DNA from: Convolutriloba macropyga
Lineage: Eukaryota
Direction of reading: 5' to 3'
Length of the DNA stretch: 64,000 nucleotides
Assembly: GCF_964194025.1 (NCBI RefSeq)
Contig: NC_134468.1
Span: forward strand, 24,738,001-24,802,000
Shown here: piece by piece, positions 10,660 to 25,600 of the stretch
Position numbering within the stretch: the stretch's first letter is position 1
Layout of the letters: each line of letters begins with the position of its first letter
Translations under genes and position numbers: made by a program
The notes under the pieces: generated by a model
The model's database searches: none
What the model saw: the letters and a program-made list of their open reading frames with translations, nothing else
What the model was told of the DNA's origin: nothing

Positions 10660-13600
10660 ACAATATCACGACAATTAAATAAGCTATCATACACTTTCTA
10701 ACTCTTCTTTTTCAAAAAGTTATTAGAAGACACTTTTCATGAAGTTCGTTATTTTCTTCACCCAATTCGACAGTTCTTTGACAATTTCGTATACAAATAA
10801 GCAAATTGGTCTTTTTTCTACAACAATTCAAAAACACACTTATTACGGCAACCAAACGGGCCAATACAGACTTTCTAACTTGTCTTCTTCAAAAAGTTAT
10901 TACCAGACACTTTTCATGAAGTTTGTTGTTTTCTTCACCCAATTCGAGAGTTCTTTGAAAATTTTGTAAACAAATCAGCATATTGGCATTTTCTTTTCAC
11001 AAAACTACAGTATCACAGAAATAAAAGAAGCCTTTATAGACTTTCTAACTCGTCTTCTTTGAAAAGTTATTAACAAACATTTTTCATGAAGTTCGACTTT
11101 CTTCACTCTTTTTGAAGATTATCTAAAAAATTTGTATAAAATCCTACAATTGGCATTAATTTCTTCTACACAAAATTAAAAGATACATTATCACGGCAAC
11201 AAAATGGGCTATCATAGACTTTCTAACTTGTCTTCTTCAAAAAGTTATTAACAAGCGTTTTTCATGAAGTTCGACTTTCATCACTCTCTTGGAAAATTCT
11301 CTAAAAAATTTGTATAAAATCCAAAATTGGTCTTTATGTCTACACAAACCTAACAGGTACATTATCTCGGCAACAAAATGGGCTATCATAGACTTTCTAA
11401 CTCGTCTTCTTCAAAAAGTTATTAACAAACGTTTTTCATGAACTTCGACTTTCATCACTCTCTTGGAAAATTCTCTAAAAAATTTGTATAAAATCCAAAA
11501 TTGGTCTTTATGTCTACACAAACCTAACAGGTACATTATCTCGGCAACAAAATGGGCTATCATAGACTTTCTAACTCGTCTTCTTCAAAAAGTTATTAAC
11601 AAACGTTTTTCATGAACTTCGACTTTTTCTTCACCCCCTTGGAAAATTCTCTAAAAAACTTGTATAAAATCCAGCAATTGGCATTTATTTCTACACAAAG
11701 CTAAAAGGTACTTTATCACGGCAACAAAAGGGGCTATCATAGAATTTCTAACTCGTCTTCTTCAAAAAGTTATTAACAAACGTTTTTCATGAATTTCGAC
11801 TTTTTCATCACTCTCTTGGAAAATTCTCTAAAAAATTTGTATAAAATCCAAAATTGGTATTTATTTCTACACAAATCTAAAAGGTACATTATCTCGGCAA
11901 CAAAATAGGCTATCATAGACTTTCTAACTCGTCTTCTTCAAAAAGTTATTAACAAACGTTCTTCATGAAGTTCGACTGTTTCTTCACACTCTTGAAAAAT
12001 TCTCTAAAAAATTTGTATAAAATCCAGCAATTGGCATTTTTTCTACACAAACCTAAAAGGTACTTTATCACGGCAACAAAATGGGCTATCATAGATTTCC
12101 TAACTCGTCTTCTTCAAAAAGTTATTAACAAACAGTTTTCAAGAAGTTCGACTTTTTCTTCACCCCCTTGGAAAATTCTTTAAAAAATTTGTATAAAATC
12201 CATTAATTGGCATTTATTTCTACACAAACCTAAAAGGTACTTTATCTTGGCAACAAAATGGGCTATCATAGACTTTCTAACTCGTCTTCTTCAAAAACTT
12301 ATTAACAAACGTTCTTCATGAAGTTCGACTTTTTCTTCACACTCTTGGAAAATTCTCTAAAAAATTTGTATAAAATCCAGGAATCGGCATTTATTTCTAC
12401 ACAAACCTAAAAAGTAAAATATTTCGGCAACAAAATGGGCTATCATAGACTTTCTAACTCGTCTTCTTCAAAAAGTTATTAACAAACGTTCTTCATGTAG
12501 TTGGACTTTTTCTTCACTCTCTTTGAAAATTCTCTAATAAATTTGTGTAAAAACCAACAATTGGCACTAATCTCTACACAAGCCTAAAAAGTACTTTATC
12601 ACGGCAACAAAAAGGGTTATCATAGATTTTCTAACTCGTCTTCTTCAAAAAGTTATTAACAAACGTTCTTCATGAAGTTCGACTTTTTCTTCACACTCTT
12701 GGAAAATTCTCTAAAAAATTTGTATAAAATCCAGCAATCGGCATTTATTTCTACACAAACCTAAAAAGTAAAATATTTCGGCAACAAAATGGGCTATCAT
12801 AGACTTTCTAACTCGTCTTCTTCAAAAAGTTATTAACAAACGTTCTTCATGTAGTTCGACTTTTTCTTCACTCTCTTTGAAAATTCTCTAATAAATTTGT
12901 GTAAAAACCAACAATTGGCACTAATCTCTACACAAGCCTAAAAAGTACTTTATCACGGCAACAAAAAGGGTTATCATAGATTTTCTAACTCGTCTTCTTC
13001 AAAAAGTTATTAACAAACAGTTTTCAAGAAGTTCGAATTTTTTTTCACTCTCTTGAAAAATTCTCTAAAAACTTTGTATAAAATCTAAAATTGGTATTTA
13101 TTTCTACACAAACCTAAAAGGTACATTATCACGGCAACAAAAAGGGCTATCATAGATTTTCTAACTCGTCTTCTTCAAAGTTATTAACAAACAGTTTTCA
13201 AGAAGTTCGACTTTTTCTTCACCCCCTTGGAAAATTCTTCAAAAAATTTGTATAAAATCCATTAATTGGCATTTTTTTCTACACAAACCTAAAAGATACT
13301 TTATCTCGGCAACAAAATGGGCTATCATAGACTTTCTAACTCGTCTTCTTCAAAAACTTATTAACAAACGTTCTTCATGAAGTTCGACTTTTTCTTCACA
13401 CTCTTGGAAAATTCTCTAAAAAATTTGTATAAAATCCAGCAATCGGCATTTATTTCTACACAAACCTAAAAAATACATTATTTCGGCAACAAAATGGGCT
13501 ATCATAGACTTTCTAACTCGTCTTCTTCAAAAAGTTATTAACAAACGTTCTTCATGTAGTTCGACTTTTTCTTCACTCTCTTTGAAAATTCTCTAATAAA

Positions 13601-16600
13601 TTTGTGTAAAAACCAACAATTGGCACTAATCTCTACACAAGCCTAAAAGGTACTTTATCACGGCAACAAAAAGGGCTATCATAGATTTTCTAACTCGTCT
13701 TCTTTAAAAAGTTATTAACAAACGTTTTTCATGAACTTCGACTTTTTCTTCACCCCCTTGGAAAATTCTCTAAAAAACTTGTATAAAATCCAGCAATTGG
13801 CATTTATTTCTACACAAACCTAAAAGGTACATTATCTCGGCAACAAAATGGGCTATCATAGACTTTCTAACTCGTCTTCTTCAAAAAGTTATTAACAAAC
13901 GTTCTTCATGAAGTTCGACTTTTTCTTCACACTCTTGGAAAATTCTCTAAAAAATTTGTATAAAATCCAGCAATTGGCACTTTTTTCTACACAAACCTAA
14001 AAGGTACTTTATCACGGCAACAAAAAGGGCTATCATAGATTTTCTAACTCGTCTTCTTCAAAAAGTTATTAACAAACAGTTTTCAAGAAGTTCGACTTTT
14101 TCTTCACCCCCTTGGAAAATTCTTTAAAAAATTTGTATAAATTCCATTAATTGGCATTTTTTTCTACACAAACCTAAAAGACACTTTATCTCGGCAACAA
14201 AATGGGCTATCATAGACTTTCTAACTCGTCTTCTTCAAAAACTTATTAACAAACGTTCTTCATGAAGTTCGACTTTTTCTTCACACTCTTGGAAAATTCT
14301 CTAAAAAATTTGTATAAAATCCAGCAATCGGCATTTATTTCTACACAAACCTAAAAAGTACATTATTTCGGCAACAAAATGGGCTATCTTAGACTTTCTA
14401 ACTCGTCTTCTTCAAAAAGTTATTAACAAACGTTCTTCATGTAGTTCGACTTTTTCTTCACTCTCTTTGAAAATTCTCTATTAAATTTGTGTGAAAACCA
14501 ACAATTGGCACTAATCTCTGCACAAGCCTAAAAGGTATTTTATCACGGCAACAAAAAGGGCTATCATAGATTTTCTAACTCGTCTTCTTTAAAAAGTTAT
14601 TAACAAACAGTTTTCATGAAGTTCGACTCTTTGTTCACCCCTTTGGAAAATTCTTTAAAAAATTTGTACAAAATCCATTAATTGGCATTTATTTCTACAC
14701 AAACCTAAAAGGTACTTTATCACGGCAACAAAATGGGCTATCATAGACTTTCTAACTCGTCTTCTTCAAAAAGTTATTAACAAATGTTTTTCATGAAGTT
14801 CGATTTTTTCTTCACCCTCTTGGAAAATTCTCTAAAAAATTTGTATAAAATCCAGCAATTGACATTTATTTCTACACAAATTTAAAAGGTACATTATCAC
14901 GGCAACAAAATGGGCTATCATAGATTTTCCAACGCGTCTTTTTCAAAAAGTTTTTGACAAACGTTCTTCATGAAGTTCGACTTTTTCTTCACTCTCTTTG
15001 AAAATTCTCTCAAAAATTTGTGTAAAATCCAACAATTGACATTTATTTCTACACAAATTTAAAAGGTACATTATCACGGCAACAAAATGGGCTATCATAG
15101 ATTTTCCAACGCGTCTTTTTCAAAAAGTTTTTGACAAACGTTCTTCATGAAGTTCGACTTTTTCTTCACTCTCTTTGAAAACTCTCTAAAAAATTTGTGT
15201 AAAATCCAACAATTGGCATTAATTTCTACACAAACCTAAAAAGTACTTTATTACGGCAACAAAAACGGCTATCATAGATTTTCTAACGCGTCTTTCTCAA
15301 AAAGTTTTTGACAAACGTTCTTCATGAAGTTCGACTTTTTCTTCACTCTCTTTGAAAATTCTCTCAAAAAATTTGTGTAAAATCCAACAATTGGCATTAA
15401 TTTCTACACAAACCTAAAAAGTACTTTATTACGGCAACAAAAACGGCTATCATAGATTTTCTAACGCGTCTTCTTCAAAAAGTTATTAACAAACGTTCTT
15501 CATGTAGTTCGACTTTTTCTTCACTCTCTTTGAAAATTCTCTAATAAATTTGTGTGAAAACCAACAATTGGCACTAATCTCTACACAAGCCTAAAAGGTA
15601 CTTTATCACGGCAACAAAATGGGCTATCATAGACTTTCTAACTCGTCTTCTTCAAAAAGTTATTAACAAATGTTTTTCATGAAGTTCGATTTTTTCTTCA
15701 CCCTCTTGGAAAATTCTCTAAAAAATTTGTATAAAATCCAGCAATTGACATTTATTTCTACACAAATTTAAAAGGTACATTATCACGGCAACAAAATGGG
15801 CTATCATAGATTTTCCAACGCGTCTTTTTCAAAAAGTTTTTGACAAACGTTCTTCATGAAGTTCGACTTTTTCTTCACTCTCTTTGAAAATTCTCTCAAA
15901 AATTTGTGTAAAATCCAACAATTGACATTTATTTCTACACAAATTTAAAAGGTACATTATCACGGCAACAAAATGGGCTATCATAGATTTTCCAACGCGT
16001 CTTTTTCAAAAAGTTTTTGACAAACGTTCTTCATGAAGTTCGACTTTTTCTTCACTCTCTTTGAAAATTCTCTCAAAAATTTGTGTAAAATCCAACAATT
16101 GGCATTAATTTCTACACAAACCTAAAAAGTACTTTATTACGGCAACAAAAACGGCTATCATAGATTTTCTAACGCGTCTTTCTCAAAAAGTTTTTGACAA
16201 ACGTTCTTCATGAAGTTCGACTTTTTCTTCACTCTCTTTGAAAATTCTCTCAAAAAATTTGTGTAAAATCCAACAATTGGCATTAATTTCTACACAAACC
16301 TAAAAAGTACTTTATTACGGCAACAAAAACGGCTATCATAGATTTTCTAACGCGTCTTCTTCAAAAAGTTATTAACAAACGTTTTTCATGAAGTTCGACT
16401 TTTTCTTCACCCCCTTGGAAAATTCTCTAAAAAACTTGTATAAAATCCAACAATTGGCATTAATTTCTACACAAACCTAAAAAGTACTTTATTACGGCAA
16501 CAAAAACGGCTATCATAGATTTTCCAACGCGTCTTTTTCAAAAAGTTTTTGACAAACGTTCTTCATGAAGTTCGACTTTTTCTTCACTCTCTTTGAAAAT

Positions 16601-19600
16601 TCTCTCAAAAATTTGTGTAAAATCCAACAATTGACATTTATTTCTACACAAATTTAAAAGGTACATTATCACGGCAACAAAATGGGCTATCATAGATTTT
16701 CCAACGCGTCTTTTTCAAAAAGTTTTTGACAAACGTTCTTCATGAAGTTCGACTTTTTCTTCACTCTCTTTGAAAATTCTCTCAAAAATTTGTGTAAAAT
16801 CCAACAATTGACATTTATTTCTACACAAATTTAAAAGGTACATTATCACGGCAACAAAATGGGCTATCATAGATTTTCCAACGCGTCTTTTTCAAAAAGT
16901 TTTTGACAAACGTTCTTCATGAAGTTCGACTTTTTCTTCACTCTCTTTGAAAATTCTCTCAAAAATTTGTGTAAAATCCAACAATTGGCATTAATTTCTA
17001 CACAAACCTAAAAAGTACTTTATTACGGCAACAAAAACGGCTATCATAGATTTTCTAACGCGTCTTTCTCAAAAAGTTTTTGACAAACGTTCTTCATGAA
17101 GTTCGACTTTTTCTTCACTCTCTTTGAAAATTCTCTCAAAAAATTTGTGTAAAATCCAACAATTGGCATTAATTTCTACACAAACCTAAAAAGTACTTTA
17201 TTACGGCAACAAAAACGGCTATCATAGATTTTCTAACGCGTCTTCTTCAAAAAGTTATTAACAAACGTTTTTCATGAAGTTCGACTTTTTCTTCACTCTC
17301 TTGGAAAATTCTCTAAAAAATTTGTATAAAATCTAAAATTGGTATTTATTTCTACACAAACCTAAAAGGTAAATTATCTCGGCAACAAAATGGGCTATCA
17401 TAGATTTTCTAACGCGTCTTTTTCAAAAAATTTTTGACAAACGTTCTTCATGAAGTTCGACCTTTTCTTCACTCTCTTTGAAAATTCTCTAAAAAATTTG
17501 TGTAAAATCCAAAAATTGGCATTAATTTCTACACAAATCTAAAAGGTACTTTATCACGGCAACAAAACAGCTATCATAGATTTTCTAACGCGTCTTTTTC
17601 AAAAAGTTTTTGACAAACGTTCTTCATGAAGTTCGACTTTTTCTTCACTCTCGTTGAAAATTCTCTAAAAAATTTGTATAAAATCTAGCAATTGGCATTT
17701 AATTCTACACAAACTTAAAAGGTACTTTATCACGGCAACAAAAAGAGCTATCATAGATTTTCTAACGCGTCTTTTTCAAAAAGTTTTTGACAAACGGTCT
17801 TCATGAAGTTCGACTTTTTCTTCACTCTCTTTGAAAATTCTCTCAAAAATTTGTGTAAAATCCAACAATTAGCATTAATTTCTACACAAACCTAAAAAGT
17901 ACTTTATTACGGCAACAAAAACGGCTATCATTGATTTTCTAACTCGTCTTCTTCAAAAAGTTATTAACAAACGTTTTTCATGAAGTTCGACTTTTTCTTC
18001 ACTCTCTTGGAAAATTCTCTAAAAAATTTGTATAAAATCTAAAATTGGTATTTATTTCTACACAAACCTAAAAGGTACATTATCTCGGAAACAAAATGGG
18101 CTATCATAGATTTTCTAACGCGTCTTTTTCAAAAAGTTTTTGACAAACGTTCTTCATGAAGTTCGACTTTTCTTCACTCTCTTTGAAAATTCTCTAAAAA
18201 ATTTGTGTAAAATCCAACAATTGGCATTAATTTCTACACAAACCTAAAAGGTACTTTATCACAGCAACAAAAAGAGCTATCATAGATTTTCTAACGCGTC
18301 TTTTTCAAAAAGTTTTTGACAAACGTTCTTCATGAAGTTCGACTTTTTCTTCACTCTCTTTGAAAATTCTCTAAAAAATTTGTATAAAATCCAGCAATTG
18401 GCATTTATTTCTACAAAAATTTAAAAGGTACTTTATCACGGCAACAAAAAGAGCTATCATAGATTTTCTAACGCGTCTTTTTCAAAAAGTTTTTGACAAA
18501 CGTTCTTCATGAAGTTCGACTTTTTCTTCACTCTCTTTGAAAATTCTCTAAAAAATTTGTGTAAAATCCGACAATTGGCATTAATTTCTACACAAATTTA
18601 AAAGGTACTTTATCACGGCAACAAAAAGAGCTATCATAGATTTTCTAACGCGTCTTTTTCAAAAAGTTTTTGACAAACGTTCTTCATGAAGTTCGACTAT
18701 TTCTTCACTCTCTTTGTAAATTCTCTAAAAAATTTGTATAAAATCCAGCAATTGGCATTTATTTCTACACAAATTTAAGAGGTACTTTATCACGGCAACA
18801 AAAAGAGCTATCATAGATTTTCTAACGCGTCTTTTTCAAAAAGTTTTTGACAAACGTTCTTCATGAAGTTCGACTTTTTCTTCACTCTCTTTGAAAATTC
18901 TCTAAAAAATTTGTATAAAATCCAGCAATTGGCATTTATTTCTAAATTAATTTGAAAGGTACTTTATCACGGCAACAAAAGGAGCTATCATAGATTTTCT
19001 AACGCGTCTTTTTCAAAAAGTTTTTGACAAACGTTCTTCATGAAGTTCGACTTTTTCTTCACTCTCTTGGAAAATTCTCTAAAGAATTTGCATAAAATCT
19101 AAATTTGGTATTTATTTCTACACAAACCTAAAAGGTACATTATCTCGGCAACAAAATGGGCTATCATAGATTTTCTAACGCGTCTTTTTCAAAAAGTTTT
19201 GGACAAACGTTCTTCATGAAGTTCGACTTTTTCTTCACTCTCTTTGAAAATTCTCTAAAAAATTTGTGTAAAATCCAAAAATTGGCATTAATTTCTACAC
19301 AAACCTAAAAGGTACTTTATCACGGCAACAAAAAGAGCTATCATAGATTTTCTAACGCGTCTTTTTCAAAAAGTTTTTGACAAACGTTCTTCATGAAGTT
19401 CGACTTTTTCTTCACTCTCTTTGAAAATTCTCTAAAAAAAATTGTATAAAATCCAGCAATTGGCATTTATTTCTACACAAATTTAAAAGGTACTTTATCA
19501 CGGCAACAAGAAGAGCTATCATAGATTTTCTAACGCGTCTTTTTCAAAGAGTTTTTGACAAACGTTCTTCATGAAGTTCGACTTTTTCTTCACTCTCTTT

Positions 19601-22600
19601 GAAAATTCTCTAAAAAATTTGTATAAAATCCAGCAATTGGCATTTATTTCTAAACAAATTTGAAAGGTACTTTATCACGGCAACAAAAAGAGCTATCATA
19701 GATTTTCTAACGCGTCTTTTTCAAAAAGCTTTTGACAAACGTTCTTCATGAAGTTCGACTTTTTCTTCACTCTCTTTGAAAATTCTCTAAAAAAATTTGT
19801 ATAAAATCCAGCAATTGGCATTTATTTCTACACAAATTTAAAAGGTACTTTATCACGGCAACAAGAAGAGCTATCATAGATTTTCTAACGCGTCTTTTTC
19901 AAAGAGTTTTTGACAAACGTTCTTCATGAAGTTCGACTTTTTCTTCACTCTCTTTGAAAATTCTGTCAAAAATTTGTGTAAAATCCAACAATTGGCATTA
20001 ATTTCTACACAAACCTAAAAAGTAATTTATTACGGCAACAAAAACGGCTATCATAGATTTTCTAACTCGTCTTCTTCAAAAAGTTATTAACAAACGTTTT
20101 TCATGAAGTTCGACTTTTTCTTCACTCTCTTGGAAAATTCTCTAAAAAATTTGTATAAAATCTAAAATTGGTATTCATTTCTACACAAACCTAAAAGGTA
20201 CATTATCTCGGCAACAAAATGGGCTATCATAGATTTCCTAACGCGTCTTTTTCAAAAAGTTTTTGACAAACGTTCTTCATGAAGTTCGACTTTTTCTTCA
20301 CTCTCTTGGAAAATTCTCTAAAAACTTTGTATAGAATCTAAAATTGGTATTTATTTCTACACAAATCTAAAAGGTACATTATCTCGGCTCCAAAATGGGC
20401 CATCATAGACTTTCTAACTCGTCTTCTTCAAGAAGTTATTAACAAACGTTTTTCATGAAGTTCGACTTTTTCTTCACCCTCTTGGAAAATTCTCTAAAAA
20501 AGATTGTATAAAATCCAGCAATTGGTATTTATTTCTACACAAATTTAAAAGGTACTTTATCACGGCAACAAGAAGAGCTATCATAGATTTTTTAACGCGT
20601 CTTTTTCAAAGAGTTTTTGACAAACGTTCTTCATGAAGTTCGACTTTTTCTTCACTCTCTTTGAAAATTCTCTCAAAAATTTGTGTAAAATCCAACAATT
20701 GGCATTAATTTCTACACAAACCTAAAAAGTAATTTATTACGGCAACAAAAACGGCTATCATAGATTTTCTAACTCGTATTCTTCAAAAAGTTATTAACAA
20801 ACGTTTTTCATGAAGTTCGACTTTTTCTTCACTCTCTTGGAAAATTCTCTAAAAAATTTGTATAAAATCTAAAATTGGTATTTATTTCTACACAAACCTA
20901 AAAGGTACATTATCTCGGCAACAAAATGGGCTATCATAGATTTTCTAACGCGTCTTTTTCAAAAAGTTTTTGACAAACGTTCTTCATGAAGTTCGACTTT
21001 TTCTTCACTCTCTTGGAAAATTCTCTAAAAAATTTGTATAAAATCTAAAATTGGTATTTTTTTCTACACAAACCTAAAAGGTACATTATCTCGGCACCAA
21101 AATGGGCCATCATAGACTTTCTAACTCGTCTTCTTCAAGAAGTTATTAACAAACGTTTTTCATGAAGTTCGACTTTTTCTTCACCCTCTTGGAAAATTCT
21201 CTAAAAAATTTGTACAAAATCCAGCAATTGTCATTTATTTCTAAACAAACCAAAAAAGTACTTTATCACGGTAAGAAAAAGGGCTATCATAGATTTTCCA
21301 ACGCGTCTTTTTCAAAAAGTTTTTGACAAACGTTCTTCATGAAGTTCGATTTTTTTTTCACTCTCTTTGAAAATTCTCTAATAAATTTGTGTAAAATCCA
21401 ACAATTGGCATTAATTTCTACACAAACCTAAAAGGTATTTTATCATGGCAACAAAAAAGGGCTATCATAGATTTTCTAACTCGTCTTCTTCAAAAAGTTA
21501 TTAACAAACGTTTTTCTTGAAGTTCGACTTTTTCTTCACTCTCTTGGAAAATTCTCTAAAAAATTTGTATAAAATCCAAAATTGGTATTTATTTCTACAC
21601 AAACCTAAAAGGTACAATATCTTGGCAACAAAATGGGCTATCATAGACTTTCTAACTCGTCTTCTTCAAAAAGTTATTAACAAACGTTTTTCATGAAGTT
21701 CGACTTTTTCTTCACCCTCTTGGAAACTTCTCTAAAAAATTTGTACAAAATCCAGCAATTGGCATTTATTTCTGCACAAACCTAAAAAATACTTTATCAC
21801 GGTAAGAAAAAAGGGCTATCATAGATTTTCTAACGCGTTTTTTTCAAAAAGTTTTTGACAAACGTTCTTCATTAAGTTCGACTTTTTCTTCACTCTCTTT
21901 GAAAATTCTCTAATAAATTTGTGTAAAATCCAACAATTGGCATTTATTTCTACACAAACATAAAGGTATTTTATCACGGCAACAAAAAGGGCTATCATAG
22001 ATTTTCTAACTCGTCTTCTTCAAAAAGTTATTAACAAACGTTTTTCATGAAGTTCGACTTTTTCTTTACTCTCTTGGAAAATTCTCTAAAAAATTTGTAT
22101 AAAATCCAAAAATGGTATTTATTTCTACACAAACCTAAAAGGAACATTATCTCGGCAACAAAATGAGCTATCATAGACTTTCTAACTTGTCTTCTTCAAA
22201 AAGTTATTAACAAACGTTTTTCTTGAAGTTCGACTTTTTCTTCACTCTCTTGGAAAATTCTCTAAAAAATTTGTATAAAATCCAAAATTGGTATTTATTT
22301 CTACACAAACCTAAAAGGTACAATATCTTGGCAACAAAATGGGCTATCATAGACTTTCTAACTCGTCTTCTTCAAAAAGTTTTTAACAAACGTTCTTCAT
22401 GAAGTTCGACTTTTTCTTCACTCTCTTTGAAAATTCTCTAAAAAAATTGTATAAAATCCAGCAATTGGCATTTATTTCTACACAAATTTAAAAGGTACTT
22501 TATCACGGCAACAAAAAGAGCTATCATAGATTTTCTAACGCGTCTTTTTCAAAAAATTTTTGACAAACGTTCTTCATGAAGATCGACTTTTTCTTCACTC

Positions 22601-25600
22601 TCTTTGAAAGTTCTCTAATAAATTTGTGTAAAATCCAAAATTGGTATTTATTTCTACACAAACCTAAAAGGTACATTATCACGGTAAGAAAAAGGGCTAT
22701 CATAGATTTTCTAACGCGTTTTTTTCAAAAAGTTTTTGACAAACGTTCTTCATGAAGTTCGACTTTTTCTTCACTCTCTTTGAAAATTCTCTAATAAATT
22801 TGTGTAAAATCCAACAATTGGCATTTATTTCTACACAAACCTAAAAGGTATTTTATCACCGCAACAAAATGGGCTATCATAGACTTTCTAACTTGTCTTC
22901 TTCAAAAAGTTTTTAACAAACGTTCTTCATGAAGTTCGACTTTTTCTTCACTCTCTTTGAAAATGCTCTAAAAAAGTTGTATAAAATCCAGCAATTGGCA
23001 TTTATTTCTACACAAATTTAAAAGGTACATTATCACGGCAACAAAATGGGCTATCATAGACTTTCTAACTTGTCTGCTTCAAAATGTTTTTAACAAACGT
23101 TCTTCATGAAGTTCGACTTTTTCTTCACTCTCTTTGAAAATTCTCTAAAAAATTTGTATAAAATCCAGCAGTTGGCATTTATTTCTACACAAATTTAAAA
23201 AGTACATTATCACGGCAACAAAATGGGCTATCATAGACTTTCTAACTTGTCTTCTTCAAAAAGTTTTTAACAAACGTTTTTCATGAAGTTCGACTTTTTC
23301 TTCACCCTCTGGGAAAATTCTCTAAAAAATTTGTACAAAATTCAGCAATTGGCATTTATTTCTACACAAACCTAAAAAGTACTTTATCACGGTAAGAAAA
23401 AGGGCTATCATAGATTTTCTAACGCGTTTTTTTCAAAAAGTTATTAACAAACGTTTTTCATGAAGTTCGACTTTTTCTTTACTCTCTTGGAAATTTCTCT
23501 AAAAAGTTTGTATAAAATCCAAAATTGCTATTTATTTCTACACAAACCTAAAAGGAACATTATCTCGGCAACAAAATGGGCTATCATAGACTTTCTAACT
23601 TGTCTTCTTCAAAAAGTTTTTAACAAACATTCTTCATGAAGTTCGACGTTTTGTTCACTCTCTTTGAAAATTCTCTAAAAAATTTGTATAAAATCCAGCA
23701 ATTGGCATTTATTTCTACACAAATTTAAAAGGTACTTTATCACAGCAACAAAAAGAGCTATCATAGATTTTCTAACGCGTCTTTTTCAAAAAGTTTTTGA
23801 CAAACGTTCTTCATGAAGTTCGACTTTTTCTTCACTCTCTTGGAAAATTCTCTAAAAAATTTGTATAAAATCTAAAATTGGTATTTATTTCTACACAAAC
23901 CTAAAAGGTACTTTATCACGGCAACAAAAGGGGCTATCATAGATTTTCTAACTCGTCTTCTTCAAAAAGTTATTAACAAACGTTTTTCATGAAGTTCGAC
24001 TTTTTCTTCACTCTCTTGGAAAATTCTTTAAAAAATTTGTATAAAACCCAAAATTGGTATTTATTTCTACACAAACCTAAAAGGTACATTATCTCGGCAA
24101 CAAAATGGGCTATTATAGACTTTCTATCTCGTCTTTCGTCTTCTTCAAAAAGTTATTAACAAACGTTCTTCATGAAGTTCGACTTTTCTTCACCCTCATG
24201 GAAAATTCTCTAAAAAATTTGTACAAATCCAGCAATTGGCATTTATTTCTACACAAATAAAAAAGGTACATTATCACGGCAACAAAATGGGCTATCATAG
24301 ACATTCTAACTTGTCTTCTTCAAAAAGTTTTTAACAAACGTTCTTCATGAAGTTCGACTTTTTCTTTACTCTCTTGGAAAACTCTCTAACGAGTTTGTAT
24401 AAAATCCAAAATTGCTATTTATTTCTACACAAACCTAAAAGGAACATTATCTCGGCAACAAAATGGGCTAATATAGACTTTCTATCTCGTCTTTCGTCTT
24501 CTTCAAAAAGTTATTAACAAACGTTCTTCATGAAGTTCGACTTTTCTTCACCCTCATGGAAAATTCTCTAAAAAATTTGTACAAAATTCAGCAATTGGCA
24601 TTTATTTCTACACAAACCTAAAAAGTACTTTATCACGGTAAGAAAAAGGGCTATCATAGATTTTCTAACGCGTTTTTTTCAAAAAGTTATTAACAACCGT
24701 TTTTCATGAAGTTCGACTTTTTCTTTACTCTCTTGGAAAATTCTCTAAAAAGTTTGTATAAAATCCAAAATTGCTATTTATTTCTACACAAACCTAAAAG
24801 GAACATTATCTCGGCAACAAAATGGGCTATCATAGACTTTCTAACTTGTCTTCTTCAAAAAGTTTTTAACAAACATTCTTCATGAAGTTCGACTTTTTGT
24901 TCACTCTCTTTGAAAATTCTCTAAAAAATTTGTATAAAATCCAGCAATTGGCATTTATTTCTACACAAATTTAAAGGTACTTTATCACGGCAACAAAAAG
25001 AGCTAACATAGATTTTCTAACGCGTCTTTTTCAAAAAGTTTTTGACAAACGTTCTTCATGAAGTTCGACTTTTTCTTCACTCTCTTGGAAAATTCTCTAA
25101 AAAATTTGTATAAAATCTAAAATTGGTATTTATTTCTACACAAACCTAAAAGGTACTTTATCACGGCAACAAAAGGGGCTATCATAGATTTTCTAACTCG
25201 TCTTCTTCAAAAAGTTATTAACAAACGTTTTTCATGAAGTTCGACTTTTTCTTCACTCTCTTGGAAAATTCTTTAAAAAATTTGTATAAAACCCAAAATT
25301 GGTATTTATTTCTACACAAACCTAAAAGGTACATTATCTCGGCAACAAAATGGGCTATTATAGACTTTCTATCTCGTCTTTCGTCTTCTTCAAAAAGTTA
25401 TTAACAAACGTTCTTCATGAAGTTCGACTTTTCTTCACCCTCATGGAAAATTCTCTAAAAAATTTGTACAAATCCAGCAATTGGCATTTATTTCTACACA
25501 AATAAAAAAGGTACATTATCACGGCAACAAAATGGGCTATCATAGACATTCTAACTTGTCTTCTTCAAAAAGTTTTTAACAAACGTTCTTCATGAAGTTC